Of a stretch of 64,000 bases of DNA, positions 41,701 through 58,016 are shown piece after piece (position 1 is the first letter of the stretch; each line of letters opens with the position of its first letter). Position numbers and translations under genes: made by a program. The stretch covers positions 283,836,001-283,900,000 of the forward strand of contig OZ024743.1 in the NCBI GenBank assembly GCA_964016885.1, in the 5' to 3' direction. The DNA comes from Eledone cirrhosa. Lineage: Eukaryota. Below the pieces are notes generated by a model. That model did no database searches, had not been told where the DNA came from, and saw only the letters and a list, made by a program, of their open reading frames with translations.

Positions 41701-42630
41701 ACCTGGGCGATAAAATCAGCAGTGGGGGAGGGTGCTCTGAAAGTACTGTAGCTAGAGTCAGAACTGGTTGGAAAAAGTTCAGAGAGCTTATACCACTATT
41801 AGCTGCTAAAGGGTTCTCCCTAAAAATGAAAGGCAGGTTGTACGATGCCTGCATACGAACAGCAATGTTGTATGGTAGTGAGACCTGGGCATTGTGTGCA
41901 GAGGATATACGCAGACTAGAGAGGAACGAAGCTTGCATGCTCCGCTGGATGTGTAACAGTAATATACGTGAACGGCAAAGCATAAACGAACTAAGGAAAA
42001 AATTAGAGATAAGAGGGATCAGATGTTGTTTACTCGAGAGAAGGCTGCGTTGGTATGGACACGTGATGCGCATGAAAGTCGATAGCTGTATTACAAAGTG
42101 CAGGGCAATAAAGATAGACGGTAGCCACGGAATAGGCAGACCTAGAAAAACATGGGATGAGCTGATAAACTCCGACCTCACACACTTACACCTCTCCAAG
42201 ACAATGTCACTGGACCGTGACCTTTGGCGGTACTCAGTAACAGAGAAGACCCGCCTTGCCAGTAGGCATATCTAACAAAATACACCCCTCCCGCCGCCAC
42301 CCCCACCCCATCCACACCACCCCGTTCTATGTAAAGTTATGTTGGTGCCGCGCCATCCAGGCCGAAACAAATGAGATCGTGTAGGTGTCACGACAAAAAA
42401 ACACACAGTCCACGCTGTAATGTGGCCGTGTAGGCAACACGGTAAAAACCTCCCAGACCCACACTGTAAATGTGGTTGGTGTTAGGAAGGGCATCCAACT
42501 GTAGAAAACCTGCCAGACAGTCCTATGCGAGCAAGACAATCACTCTTGCCTCAAGTGGGACTACCCCCGTCCAAACCCATGCAAGCGTGGAACACGGACG
42601 TTAAACGTTGATGATGATGATGATGATGAT
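38800..42630 (+). mobile_element. Full-length RTE-clade LINE (PHD-type); 5' boundary approximate
   Basis: Single APE-RT ORF, repeated 5' segments, structured 3' UTR, (GAT)n tail running into (TA)n. Confidence 0.93.
38997..42275 (+). CDS. RTE ORF: APE endonuclease + RT with internal PHD finger; intact (true start may be an internal ATG)
   Basis: GTINVGTL, IQETRW, SAYAPQ, GDLNGHVG, VDYIL, SQHR, VTWWW, FVDLEKAFD, YADD, C4HC3, LRWYGHV, GRPRKTW. Confidence 0.95.
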   Translation: MPSIYDGWMDGRTDCGILESGRERKIWTPRAKMPKFKSNSPRGRECEHSSLFRPRMANITLSPPAPHHPHPPNATQNFRVGTINVGTLKGRANEVVEMLERKEVDVCCIQETRWRGGSARFIEGKKRCYKLFWAGNDDGLGGVGIMVAEKWADKIIDVNRVNDRIIKIRLVLNRTTVTVISAYAPQSGLPGTIKDRFYETLLLTTSQISDSDYIIIAGDLNGHVGQHCDGYDEIHGGYGFGTRNEEGSRILEYCDANNLTICNTNFKKRDNHLITYRSGEHTSQVDYILTRRRDRVSVVNTKSLPHEECTSQHRLIISDLIVRTRRTRQQKRTILRRKIWKLKDPTARNKFQSILLDAFDSKEEHLESDNIEGQWKFLKANLLLATDEVCGWSRPVGRRRVTWWWNNRVEGSIKAKKQAWKVWRDGGSRVDYQVARREARREVYLARREAEERKFKHVLQRDDQKREVFRIARQCVKENRDIVGEKCVLNDDGILAITDTDKKVAWKCHYERLLNEENKWEKDSLPHIDPIEGPAVLVEGSIISKAIKDMKTGKAAGPSEIVAEMLKASGTVGHTMVTRIVNQVVQNGVVPKDWHSSIIVNCYKGKGDALDRSNYRGIKLIDQVMKVTEKVIAQLIRERIDLDEMQFGFVSGKSTTDALFIVRQLQEKYLAKGKPLYLAFVDLEKAFDRVPRSIIWWALRKLGVDEWLVRATQAMYKETVSKVRINNEYSEEFSVKVGVHQGSVLSPLLFIIALQAITEEFKTGCPWELLYADDLTLIAESMAELEKKFQTWKHGLESKGLKINLAKTKVLVCRKENKAAVPSGKWSCSVCRKGVGRNSILCPKCKVWVHKRCSGITGKLTKNIDFTCGRCSGAISSSKCPQNTSSFNCAEGSIEIVDSFRYLGDKISSGGGCSESTVARVRTGWKKFRELIPLLAAKGFSLKMKGRLYDACIRTAMLYGSETWALCAEDIRRLERNEACMLRWMCNSNIRERQSINELRKKLEIRGIRCCLLERRLRWYGHVMRMKVDSCITKCRAIKIDGSHGIGRPRKTWDELINSDLTHLHLSKTMSLDRDLWRYSVTEKTRLASRHI

Positions 42631-42699
42631 ATATATGTATATATATATGTATATATATGTATATATATATATATATGTATATATATATGTATATATATG

Positions 42700-42928
<229 letters not shown>

Positions 42929-42942
42929 GTATATATATATTG

Positions 42943-43008
42943 TATTTTGTCTGAAGAAGGCATAACATATTGTTAATATGATATCCCTGAAATATATATA
43001 ATGAAATA
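42943..43008 (+). ncRNA. Candidate type-I hammerhead ribozyme (Penelope-like)
   Basis: TATTTTGT-CTGAAGA-[AGGCATAACATATT gtt AATATGATATCCCT]-GAAA-TATATA-TA-ATGAAATA; helix I 8 bp with two G.U pairs, helix II 12/14. Confidence 0.6.
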
Positions 43009-43138
43009 GATATGGTTTTATAAATATAGTTTCCATTTATTTAATATCGTAAGTATACTCCAAATACTTGTTGAGTGCTTTTATTTCAGTTATAAATATT
43101 TACTAGTTGTAACCCAACAATTTAAATATAACTTTCCA

Positions 43139-43179
<41 letters not shown>

Positions 43180-43298
43180 GTATATATATATATGTATATG
43201 TATATATATATATGTATATATATATGTATATATATATATGTATATATATATATGTATATATATATATGTATATATATATGTATATATATATGTATATA

Positions 43299-43424
<126 letters not shown>

Positions 43425-43454
43425 TGTATGTATATATATATATATATATATATG

Positions 43455-45668
43455 TATCTATCTATCTATCTAAGGCGGGTAAAATTCCCGAGATCCATGG
43501 ACGAGTTCTCTCCAGCGGTCTCTGTCCCTCATTATCGCTGCCATATCCTGCATCTCCAACAGACCAGTGTCTGTCCTTAGGGCATCAACATATGTTAACC
43601 TTGGTCTTCCTCTTCTAGTGTGTCTATGTAGGGGCTCCCAAAGGAGCACTGAGTGCAATGTCAACTCTGGATGTCGGTGAGCATGTCCAGCCAACCTCAG
43701 TCTCCTCTGTGTCACTTTTCAGCTGACTTTTGGGATGCTCCCATACAGCTCTGAGTTTTTCATCCTCAGTGTATACTGATTAATGTTCAGAGCCATCCTC
43801 AGCATTCTCGTGTAGCACCCATCCACCATCTGAGTGAGTCTCTTGGTCAGTGTCCAAGTCTCAGACCCATACAGCAGCACAGACTCCACTACAGCAATGA
43901 AGAGGCGGATTTTCAGGTCTCTACGAAGGTCCGACTTCCACACCGATCTCAAGCTGTGACACGCCGCCCAGGCCTTGCTCTTCCTCCCAACCACATCATC
44001 TTCCGTATTCCCAATCTTTGCTCCCAAATACAGGAAGTCCTCAACCAATTCCAGCGGCTTCCCGCCTACATTAGTGATCCCCTCTGGCTTCTCAACATTC
44101 TCCACCAGATATTTTGTTTTAGTCTCATTCATTCTCAGCCCACACTCATAAACACAGTCTCAACCTCCCGCATCAAATCCTCTGCCTCCTTCACTGTATT
44201 TGTCACCAAAACTATGTCGTCGGCAAATTCAGCATCCGATACCTTTTTCGCCCCAACTCTCCTGCTCTGAGCCGGTGCTACAGTAAAGCCAGTGTCCTGG
44301 TATTTCTCCAGTGCAAGGCGCATACAATAGTCCACTACGATGATAAAAAGGTAGGGAGCCAATGTATCTCCCTGGAGCACTCCAGCCAGTATCTCAAAGA
44401 ACTCTGTCATCCCATCAGGTGTAATGACTTGGGCTTTGGTGTTGGTGTAGAGCAGTGATATCAGGTCCACTATCCTCTTGGGGATTTCATAAGCCTGTAA
44501 GATCTTCATCAGGCAGTAACGGTCCACAGAATCAAAGGCCTTCCTAAAGTCAATGAAAACCATGACCGCAGGAAGGCACTTTGCTCTAGCTCCCTCTAAT
44601 ATCCTCCTCAGCATCAGGATGTGACTGGTGGTTGATCTACCCTCTCTGAAGCCGTTCTGATTGTCCCTGAGCTTCTTCTCCATCTCAGGCTGGATCCTGT
44701 TAAGAATCATCCTGTTGAGGGTCTTTGCCACAAGTGACGTCAGTGAGATCCCCCGGTAGTTGTTGGTGTTAGAGAGATCTCCCTTCTTTGGCACTGGGAC
44801 GATGTTACTAATCCTCCACTGATTCGGGGCAACTCCTTTCTCCAGTGCCCCGTTACAGAACCCCAGGATGATATCATCAAAATCACACCTCTTCATCACC
44901 TCTGATGCCACTCCATCCTCTCCATGAGCCTTGCCCTCCTTGATCTTCTTCTTGGCTCTCTGAAGCTCCTCTCTGGTGAAGGGCTCTGTCTCAACATCCA
45001 GTTCCTCAAACAGCCGCCTGATCTCCCCACTGCTCTGGGCTGTGGAGGGTGGCTCTCCTAGTAGGGTCCTAAAATGGTCTAGCCATTTCCTCTTCCTATC
45101 CTCGGGCCCCGTTCCCTGGATCTGACTCGAACACCTTTTCTTCCTCCCTGTGATCTCGTTGATGATCATCCAGCTCTCCCTACATCCAGATCTGTCAACC
45201 GCTCTCTCCACATCCAGATCTGTCAACCGCTCTCTCCACACTTCTGATCTTCTCTATCAGTGCCTCCTCTCTGACCTCAGTGTAAGCGGTACAGAGCTCT
45301 TCCCTCATCACCTCCACAGTCTCCATCCTCTCCTCCGTAGGATCAGCATAGAATTGGTCCCTGGCAGCTTTCAGGTGTTCTCTGGCTGCACACACTTTTG
45401 GGTTTGCAGAGCTGACGTGCTTCCCTTTGTTCTTTTTCCTCGGCACCAGGGTTTCACTTGCTTTCGCCACTGCATTGGTGAAGTGCCCGTACCTCCTCGT
45501 CACACTCTCCTCAGTCCATCCAATCTCTCTCTCCTCTGACTCTCCACACAGAGCACTAAACCTGTTTCTCACTTCCACTGTGAACCTCTCCTGTAGCTTA
45601 TCATCTTCCTTGAAAGCTCCCCAGTCATAGATTGTTCTCCGGGGCTGAGCCTTGCTCTTTCTTAAGCA
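43455..45668 (-). mobile_element. 5'-truncated RTE-clade LINE family B (no PHD), frameshifted; (TAGA)n tail directly at the stop codon
   Basis: FIDFRKAFD, GVLQGDTLAPYLF, EFADD, FLYLG, RLRLAGH, GRPRLTY; 28-bp tandem duplication at ~45182-45237; flanked by TA arrays. Confidence 0.92.
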
Positions 45669-47749
<2,081 letters not shown>

Positions 47750-49216
47750 TAACTTTGAATAACTTTGAAATGTTTTGGCCAGTATTGGCCCAGGCCATGT
47801 CTAACTTAATAGCACCACCTGGCGAAGTCTTTCAATTCAGGATTTGGGCACCATGGCCCATTCGAGAAGAGAATTACTGTTTGCGGAGACATATCCGGGT
47901 GTGGGTGGTTTGTCCGGGATTACTTGGAGGAATTTGTCCAAAGACTTCTTGAATTTTGTGTGGTCAGTTTCTGTTTTGACGTGTCCTGGTGTGATGTTGA
48001 AGAGAGCAGGGCCGATTGAGGTGAAATAATTGTGCCGTATTGTTGTTATGAGTTGCGATTTAGATTTTTGAATGGGACGGATAGCACGGGGCCCAAGCCT
48101 TGGGTGTATCTTGAAGGCGATGCCAACATCATTTGGGCAGTGATGATGGAACATTTTCCACATCATGCAGATAATATAACGCTCACGGCGACGTTGGAGT
48201 GAGTAAAGTTTCAGGTTTTCTAATCGACCCCAGTAGTCAAGGTCTGACATGCCATCTATCTTTTTCGTGATTGCCCTTTGAGGAGCTTCAAGTTTCATGA
48301 TACTTTGTTTCGTGTGGGGAGACCACAGTGGACAACAGTATTCAAGGTGTGGTCGGGCGAAAGTAGAGAAGAGAAGGATAATGGTGCGGGAATCTCTCGA
48401 CTGGAAGGTTCTGAGGATCCAGGAACACATTCTGCGGGCCATGTCAACTTTGCTGCTTATATGCGTGGTCCAGCTTATGTTGCTGTCCACGGTTACTCCC
48501 AAGTCTCTGATGTTGTTAGATGCCACGAGAGTTTCCCTGGAGGGAAGGGAGTACGGGAGTTTCAGAGCATCCTCTTTTCCAAAGTGGATCAGTTCGAATT
48601 TGTCTTCGTTCAGTAACATGTTGTTCTTTTCCGCCCATTGGGTAACAGCCAGTAGGTCTGACTAAAGGCTTATCCGGTCATCCACGCCATTGATGACCTT
48701 TTGGAGCTTGGAATCATCAGCGAAAATTTTAATGTTGCTGTGTTTGATGATGTCAGTGATGTCATTAATATAGATGATGAAGAGAAGTGGGCCCAACACA
48801 GTGCCTTGTGGGACCCCACTACTGACTTTGGCTGGGCTTGATTTGACTCCCTCAACTACAACATGTTGGGTTCTGTTTGACAGGAAGCTCTTGATCCACT
48901 GCAGCAGCTTTCCAGTGACACCAATATTGGACAGCTTTCTCAGTAGAATGTTATGATCAACCCTGTCAAAGGCCTTGCTGAAATCAAGGTAGATAACATC
49001 AGTGTTGGAACCCTCTCCCAAGGCTCTCAAAATGTCATCAAAGTGATGCAGTAGCTGCGTCAGGCAATCCCTTCCATTACGGAATCCATGCTGGTTGGAG
49101 TTCAGCATATTGTTACTCTCAAGGAAGTGGGTCATTCGCGATCTCACCACTCGCTCAAATACCTTAATGATATGAGAGGTGAGTGAGATTGGACGGTAAT
49201 TCACGGCAAGGGATTT
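47750..49216 (-). mobile_element. Second copy of CR1/L2-group family A (RT to 3' end), cut by the assembly gap
   Basis: Near-identical reverse complement of ~29118-30570, with the same tail and the same TAG. Confidence 0.95.
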
Positions 49217-49416
49217 NNNNNNNNNNNNNNNNNNNNNNNNNNNNNNNNNNNNNNNNNNNNNNNNNNNNNNNNNNNNNNNNNNNNNNNNNNNNNNNNNNNN
49301 NNNNNNNNNNNNNNNNNNNNNNNNNNNNNNNNNNNNNNNNNNNNNNNNNNNNNNNNNNNNNNNNNNNNNNNNNNNNNNNNNNNNNNNNNNNNNNNNNNNN
49401 NNNNNNNNNNNNNNNN
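49217..49416. other. Assembly gap (200 N)
   Basis: Run of N. Confidence 1.
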
Positions 49417-49425
49417 ATATATATG

Positions 49426-49456
<31 letters not shown>

Positions 49457-49508
49457 TTATATATATATACATATATATATATATACATACATATATATAT
49501 ATATATAT

Positions 49509-49613
<105 letters not shown>

Positions 49614-49661
49614 CATATATGATATATATATGTATATATATACATATATGATATATATATG

Positions 49662-49719
<58 letters not shown>

Positions 49720-49731
49720 GTATATATATAC

Positions 49732-49908
<177 letters not shown>

Positions 49909-50084
49909 CATGATGGCTGCCCCCTCGTTATCGAGTATGGCCATTGCACAAAAAAAAAAAAAAAAAAAAAAAAATAATAATATAATAATAATAATAATAA
50001 TAATAGCAATAACAATAATAACGACAACAACAATAATAATATACATATTCATATATATATACACACACACGCACGCACATAAGC

Positions 50085-50122
<38 letters not shown>

Positions 50123-52990
50123 GATAGCAACTAACAGTGCTGCGATCGAATGTGGCTTTTTAGCCCAGCCAATGATCTAAAATGTCTTGCACAGAGTCCG
50201 GCAACCAAAACATTTACTGGGAATAGTCGGCTGTGGTTGGAGCTCGTGTACTTTTGCATGTCGCTTGAGTCCTCCTGCTGATTTACATTCTCTACCACAT
50301 GTTTGGCAAGCATGATGAGTAGCATCTCAACAGCAGCCTGGTAGTCAACCACTGGTCTTACTTTATGACTGCGAAGATGACTTTCGAGTCCAGCTTTGCT
50401 TAGGCAGAGTCTCGCACAGACGCTGCATGTCAGAAACATAGGAGGACCCTCGCCGTCTGGAAGTGCAACAGCAACACCCTTCCTCACGTCCCGCTTTACT
50501 TTCTCGTGTGCGATTCGAGATGCCTCAAAGGCAACTTTTCCCTCATATACAGTCTTTCTCCATTTATTACGATCAGCAGCAATATTTTCCCATGTATCAG
50601 CAGAGATGTTAGCGTCTCTCAGAGAGGCCTTCAAGGAATCCTTATACCTCTTTTTTGGTTTATGTGGCGGTCGTTTTCCTTTAACCAACTCTCCATAGAA
50701 GAGTTGTTTTGGTATTCTAGAATCCTTCATCCTGGCAAGGTGACCACTCCAACGGAGTCGCTGCCCAAGCACAAGAGCTTCTATACTGTCACACATAGAG
50801 CTTTCCAAAATCTCGACATCACTGATGTGGTCCCTCCAGCGAACGCCATGTATCCGTCTGAGACACATCTGATGGAAACGCTCCAATTGCTTAAGGTGGC
50901 GTCGATATGTGACCCAGGTCTCGCAGGCATAAAGAAGACAAGAGAGTACACATGCCCTGTACACCCTTACCTTTGTCCTCCTGCATATGTCTCGCCGACC
51001 CCAGAGTCGCCTTTCTAGCTTTCCGAAAGCATCACTTGCTTTCCTAATCCTAAGTGAGATTTCACCGTCAAGGTTGCCGTATCGATTGACAGTGCTTCCC
51101 AGGTAGACAAACTGATCAACCACTCCAAGTCGTTTGCCATACACATAGATGTTTGGTTCAGTGTACTGCCCACCAGGTGCAGGTTGGTACATGACGACGG
51201 TTTTCTTGAGACTGACAGTCAAACCCAGGGCAGTGCAAGCGTCAGAAAATACACTCAAAATGTGCTGCATATCACTCTCTGTGTGCGCTACAAGATCGCA
51301 ATCATCTGCATACAAGAGGTCTCTTATGACTGATGTAAATACTTTTGTCTTCGCAGCAAAGCGCCTGATGTTAAATATGCTGCCTGAGGTTCGATATCGG
51401 ATGCAAACACCATGCTCGCAATTCCTGAATGCAATACAGAAAACCATTGCAAAGTATATGGCAAACAGGGTCGGTGCTGGAATATCCCCTGTTTCACTCC
51501 ATTTTTTACTGAGATAGGCTCCGACATGTTACCTCCGACATTAACCCAAGCCTTCATGTCGTCATGGAAAGACCTAACTAAAGCAAGGAACTTATCAGGG
51601 CAACCAAGTTTCTGGAGAACCTTCCATAATGCATCCCTGTTGACAGTATCGAAAGCCTTTGTCAGATCGACAAAAACCTGACACAGATCCAAGCCCTGTT
51701 CAATGCACCTCTCCTGGAGCTGTCCAGCTGAGAAGATCATATCAGTAGTGCCGCGTCCAACACGAAAACCAGATTGACTTTCAGGAAGGACACAATCTGC
51801 AATGTGTGTCAGCAGACGGTCCAGAAGCACCCTACATAAAACTTTCCCACGACAGAAGCAATGATATACCTCTGTAGTTCCCACAATCATTCCTGTTACC
51901 CTTTCCCTTGTACAAGACCACCATTACCGCATCTCTCCAGTCCTCAGGCACGGATTCATTAGCCCATATCCCTCCAAACAGAGAGTGAAGATGTTGCAGG
52001 AGTCTCTCACCACCATATTGTAGGAGCTCAGCATGTATGCAATCCATACCTGGAGATCTTCCACTGTTCAGCTTCGAAATAGCCACCGCAACCTCCACAA
52101 GTGTCGGAGGTTCTGCGAGAGCTACTTTCACAGGACTTTCCGGAATGAGATTGAGGAAATCTTCACTGACGACAGACGGCTGATTCAAAAGATCATCAAA
52201 GTGCTCTCGCCACCTTCGTAGAATTCCCTGTGAGTCACGAAGAAGTTCTTTGCCATCCCTGCTGCGAATCGGTGTCACCAGAGAAGAAGACGGTCCATAA
52301 ACCTCACGCAAGAGACTGTACAACAGCTTTGTGTTATTGCAATCAGACGCAGTTTGTATCTCACAGCCTTCTCACTCCACCACTGATCCTTCATCTGAGA
52401 AAGACTCCGCCTAACACGTGATTTTACATCCCTGAGCTCCTCATGCAACGTATTCCCCTCCCGCGGCCCTGCCGTCAAGTAGCGTGACAGAGCGCGCCTC
52501 TTATCAGCCAACAAGTCATCTATATGCACATCTTTCTCATCAAACCAGTCCTGATGTTTTCTCTGCACCAATCCCAGAACACGTCTGCCCACATCATAAA
52601 CCGACTTTTAAGGGTCGGCCAATCCTCACCAAGATCTGCAGCCTGCATCTCTTCTTCCAATGTCCTCTTCACATTTTTATCCTTAAGACGAGCAGCATTC
52701 AATCTTTTGGGCAGGGTAACACCAGGAGCCCGGATTTTACGTTTGGTGATTAGATTCACTTTTGCGCGTACCAGGCGGCGGTCCGTCCAGCACTCAGCTC
52801 CACGAAGAACACGAACACACCGCACATCCTGTCTGTCACGCATCCTGACTAGGACGTAGTCCAAAAGATGCCATTCCTTAGATGCAGGATGCATCCATGT
52901 GGTCTTGAATTTGTTCTTTTGTTGGAACATGGTGTTGGTAACACACAGATCCAGCTCCTCACACATCTGCAGCAAGAGCATACCATTGCT
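49909..52990 (-). mobile_element. 5'-truncated BovB-like RTE LINE with C-terminal C2H2 zinc finger(s), frameshifted
   Basis: [74 protein letters not shown]; 3' end ...GGCAGCCATCATG joined to TA. Confidence 0.92.
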
Positions 52991-53013
52991 ATATATATAT
53001 ATACATATATATA

Positions 53014-53079
53014 ATCATCATCATCATCATCATCATCAACGTTTAACGTCCGTGTTCCACGCTTGCATGGGTTTGGACG
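53014..53079 (-). mobile_element. Mini RTE 3'-end element (stem-loop + (GAT)n)
   Basis: Identical to the last ~45 nt of the RTE at 42568-42610. Confidence 0.85.
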
Positions 53080-53116
<37 letters not shown>

Positions 53117-53173
53117 GTATATACATATATATATATATACATACATATATATATATATATATATACATACATA

Positions 53174-53224
<51 letters not shown>

Positions 53225-53261
53225 TATATGTATATATATATATATATATATATGTATATAC

Positions 53262-53298
<37 letters not shown>

Positions 53299-53364
53299 CG
53301 TCCAAACCCATGCAAGCGTGGAACACGGACGTTAAACGTTGATGATGATGATGATGATGATGAT
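53299..53364 (+). mobile_element. Mini RTE 3'-end element, copy 2
   Basis: CGTCCAAACCCATGCAAGCGTGGAACACGGACGTTAAACGTT(GAT)n; same 5' breakpoint as the other two. Confidence 0.85.
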
Positions 53365-53372
53365 AATATATG

Positions 53373-53542
<170 letters not shown>

Positions 53543-53546
53543 TAAG

Positions 53547-53676
<130 letters not shown>

Positions 53677-53680
53677 TATG

Positions 53681-54335
<655 letters not shown>

Positions 54336-54357
54336 CATATATATATTATATATATAC

Positions 54358-54498
<141 letters not shown>

Positions 54499-54518
54499 TT
54501 ATATATTATATATATACA

Positions 54519-54572
<54 letters not shown>

Positions 54573-54604
54573 CATACATATATATATATATATATATACA
54601 TACA

Positions 54605-54664
<60 letters not shown>

Positions 54665-54674
54665 CATATATATA

Positions 54675-54825
<151 letters not shown>

Positions 54826-54834
54826 CATATATAT

Positions 54835-54900
54835 ATCATCATCATCATCATCATCATCAACGTTTAACGTCCGTGTTCCACGCTTGCATGGGTTTGGACG
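54835..54900 (-). mobile_element. Mini RTE 3'-end element, copy 3
   Basis: Same sequence and breakpoint as 53014-53079. Confidence 0.85.
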
Positions 54901-55098
<198 letters not shown>

Positions 55099-55104
55099 CA
55101 CATA

Positions 55105-55262
<158 letters not shown>

Positions 55263-55305
55263 GATATATACATATATATATATATATATATACATATATA
55301 TATAC

Positions 55306-55336
<31 letters not shown>

Positions 55337-55337
55337 C

Positions 55338-55370
<33 letters not shown>

Positions 55371-55371
55371 C

Positions 55372-55402
<31 letters not shown>

Positions 55403-55473
55403 CATATATATATACATATATATATACATATATATATACATATATATACATATATATATACATATATATATAC

Positions 55474-55524
<51 letters not shown>

Positions 55525-55537
55525 CATATATATATAC

Positions 55538-55594
<57 letters not shown>

Positions 55595-56826
55595 CATCAT
55601 CATCATCATTATCATCAACGTTTAACGTCCGTGTTCCACGCTTGCATGGGTTTGGACGGGGGTAGTCCCACTTGAGGCAAGAGTGATTGTCTTGCTCGCA
55701 TAGGACTGTCTGGCAGGTTTTCTACAGTTGGATGCCCTTCCTAACACCAACTACATTTACAGTGTGGGTCTGGGAGGTTTTTACCGTGTTGCCTACGCGG
55801 CCACATTACAGCGTGGACTGTGTGTTTTTTGTCGTGACACCTAAACGATCTCATTTGTTTCGGCCTGGATGGCGCGGCACCAACATAACTTTACATAGAA
55901 CGGGGTGGTGTGGATGGGGTGGGGGTGGTGGCGGGACGGGGTGTAGTTTGTTAGAGATGCCTACTGGCAAGGCGGGTCTTCTCTGTTACTGAGTACCGCC
56001 AAAGGTCACGGTCCAGTGACATTGTCTTGGAGAGGTGTAAGTGTGTGAGGTCGGAGTTTATCAGCTCATCCCATGTTTTTCTAGGTCTGCCTATTCCGTG
56101 GCTACCGTCTATCTTTATTGCCCTGCACTTTGTAATACAGCTATCGACTTTCATGCGCATCACGTGTCCATACCAACGCAGCCTTCTCTCGAGTAAACAA
56201 CATCTGATCCCTCTTATCTCTAATTTTTTCCTTAGTTCGTTTATGCTTTGCCGTTCACGTATATTACTGTTACACATCCAGCGGAGCATGCAAGCTTCGT
56301 TCCTCTCTAGTCTGCGTATATCCTCTGCACACAATGCCCAGGTCTCACTACCATGCAACATTGCTGTTCGTATGCAGGCATCGTACAACCTGCCTTTCAT
56401 TTTTAGGGAGAACCCTTTAGCGGCTAATAGTGGTATAAGGTCTCTGAACTTTTTCCATCCAGTTCTGACTCTAGCTACTGTACTTTCAGAGCACCCTCCC
56501 CCACTGCTGATTTTGTCACCCAGGTAACGGAAGCTGTCCACTATTTCTATAGAGCCCTCTGCGCAATTGAAAGAGCTAGTATTTTGTGGGCACTTGCTGC
56601 TACTTATTGCACCAGAACACCGGCCACATGTAAAGTCTATGTTCTTAGTTAGCTTACCTGTGATCCCACTACATCTTTTATGCACCCATACTTTGCATTT
56701 AGGACATAAGATGGATTTTCTACCTACGCCTTTCCTACATACCGAGCACGACCATTTCCCAGAAGGGACCGCCGCCTTGTTTTCTTTCCTACAAACTAGA
56801 ACTTTGGTCTTAGCCAGGTTAATTTT
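55595..56826 (-). mobile_element. 5'-truncated RTE-PHD copy (subfamily of 38800-42630)
   Basis: Near-identical reverse complement of 41400-42630; TA arrays on both sides. Confidence 0.95.
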
Positions 56827-56835
56827 ATATATATA

Positions 56836-56979
<144 letters not shown>

Positions 56980-57028
56980 ATAAAAATAATGGGAGGCTGG
57001 ACTGGTGTAAATCCTTGAAAGGTTTATT

Positions 57029-57086
57029 ATACTATGATCATTTCAATGACCGGATTCCGTATGAATCCGGTGATTTCATCAGGTAT
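57029..57086 (-). ncRNA. Type-I hammerhead ribozyme with palindromic helix III (Penelope-like terminal repeat context)
   Basis: Minus strand ATAC-CTGATGA-[AATCACCGGATTC atacg GAATCCGGTCATT]-GAAA-TGATCA-TA-GTAT, followed immediately by AATAAA. Confidence 0.8.
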
Positions 57087-57382
57087 TCGAAATATAACAA
57101 AGGAATAAGTAAAAATCATGGGTCCGAAAAATCAGAGACAAAGAGGACGACTGACCAACTAGCTTCCTTCACTTCAACCAGTCGCCCTCAAAGTGATGGC
57201 TACTCGATCTGTAATGACCATCTGGTGAGGGGGCGAAGGCTTATAATGTACTACGACCTCTCCCTCAAAGAATAAAAAAGGGGAAGAAAGAAAGAAGTTA
57301 GCGTAAGGGCCACACTACAGTCAAGCTAGAAAACGCCGCGAAAAATGTTATTCTAAAGAATCTATATTTTAACAAAGGCATA

Positions 57383-57730
57383 TGGAGACACATGGCTTAG
57401 TGGTTAGAACATTGGCCTTGCAATCGAAAGGTTGTGAGTTCAATTCTCAGACCGGGTGATGTGTTGTTTCCTTGAGCAAGACACTTTATTTCACATTGCT
57501 CCAGTTTACTCAGCTGTAGAAATGAGATGATAGGGACTGGGGTTCATATCATTCCACTGCAAAGTGGTCGTGGAGGTTCCACGGCAAAAAAAAGAAGCAC
57601 CCACTGTAAATGAGGTTGGTGTTAGGAAGGACATCCAGCTGTAGAAATCAAGCCAGAATCAGTTCCCGTCCCACCTTTGCAAGCAGAGAAAATTGGACGT
57701 AAAATGATGATGATGATGATGATGATAATG
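57383..57730 (+). mobile_element. tRNA-derived SINE with an RTE-derived 3' tail
   Basis: A box TGGCTTAGTGG, B box GAGTTCAATTC, central CCTTGAGCAAGACACTT, then a segment matching the RTE 3' UTR at 19517-19665 and a (GAT)n tail. Confidence 0.88.
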
Positions 57731-58016
57731 ATATATAATGGGTGTCTGTATGGTCTAATGTGTGAACAGAAAATTGGAACGTTAAACTTATGTTACGAGT
57801 TATAGGATGAAATTAAATAAAAAAATAATAAATTGAAAATTGGAAAATAAATAAAAAAATTTATTTAATGAACTTACAGAGAGAGTCTTATATGAAAAAG
57901 TTAATCTCGATAAGATATCAGGGTGGGATAATAGAGTAAAGATTAAAGCCTTCGATTGTGAATCATGCCAGCACCTCCTAACCACGTGTCAGCCAGTTAT
58001 ACATATATATATATAT

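Noticed and set aside
57383-57460. tRNA gene
   Set aside because: No clean acceptor stem or poly-T terminator; it continues into a SINE body.
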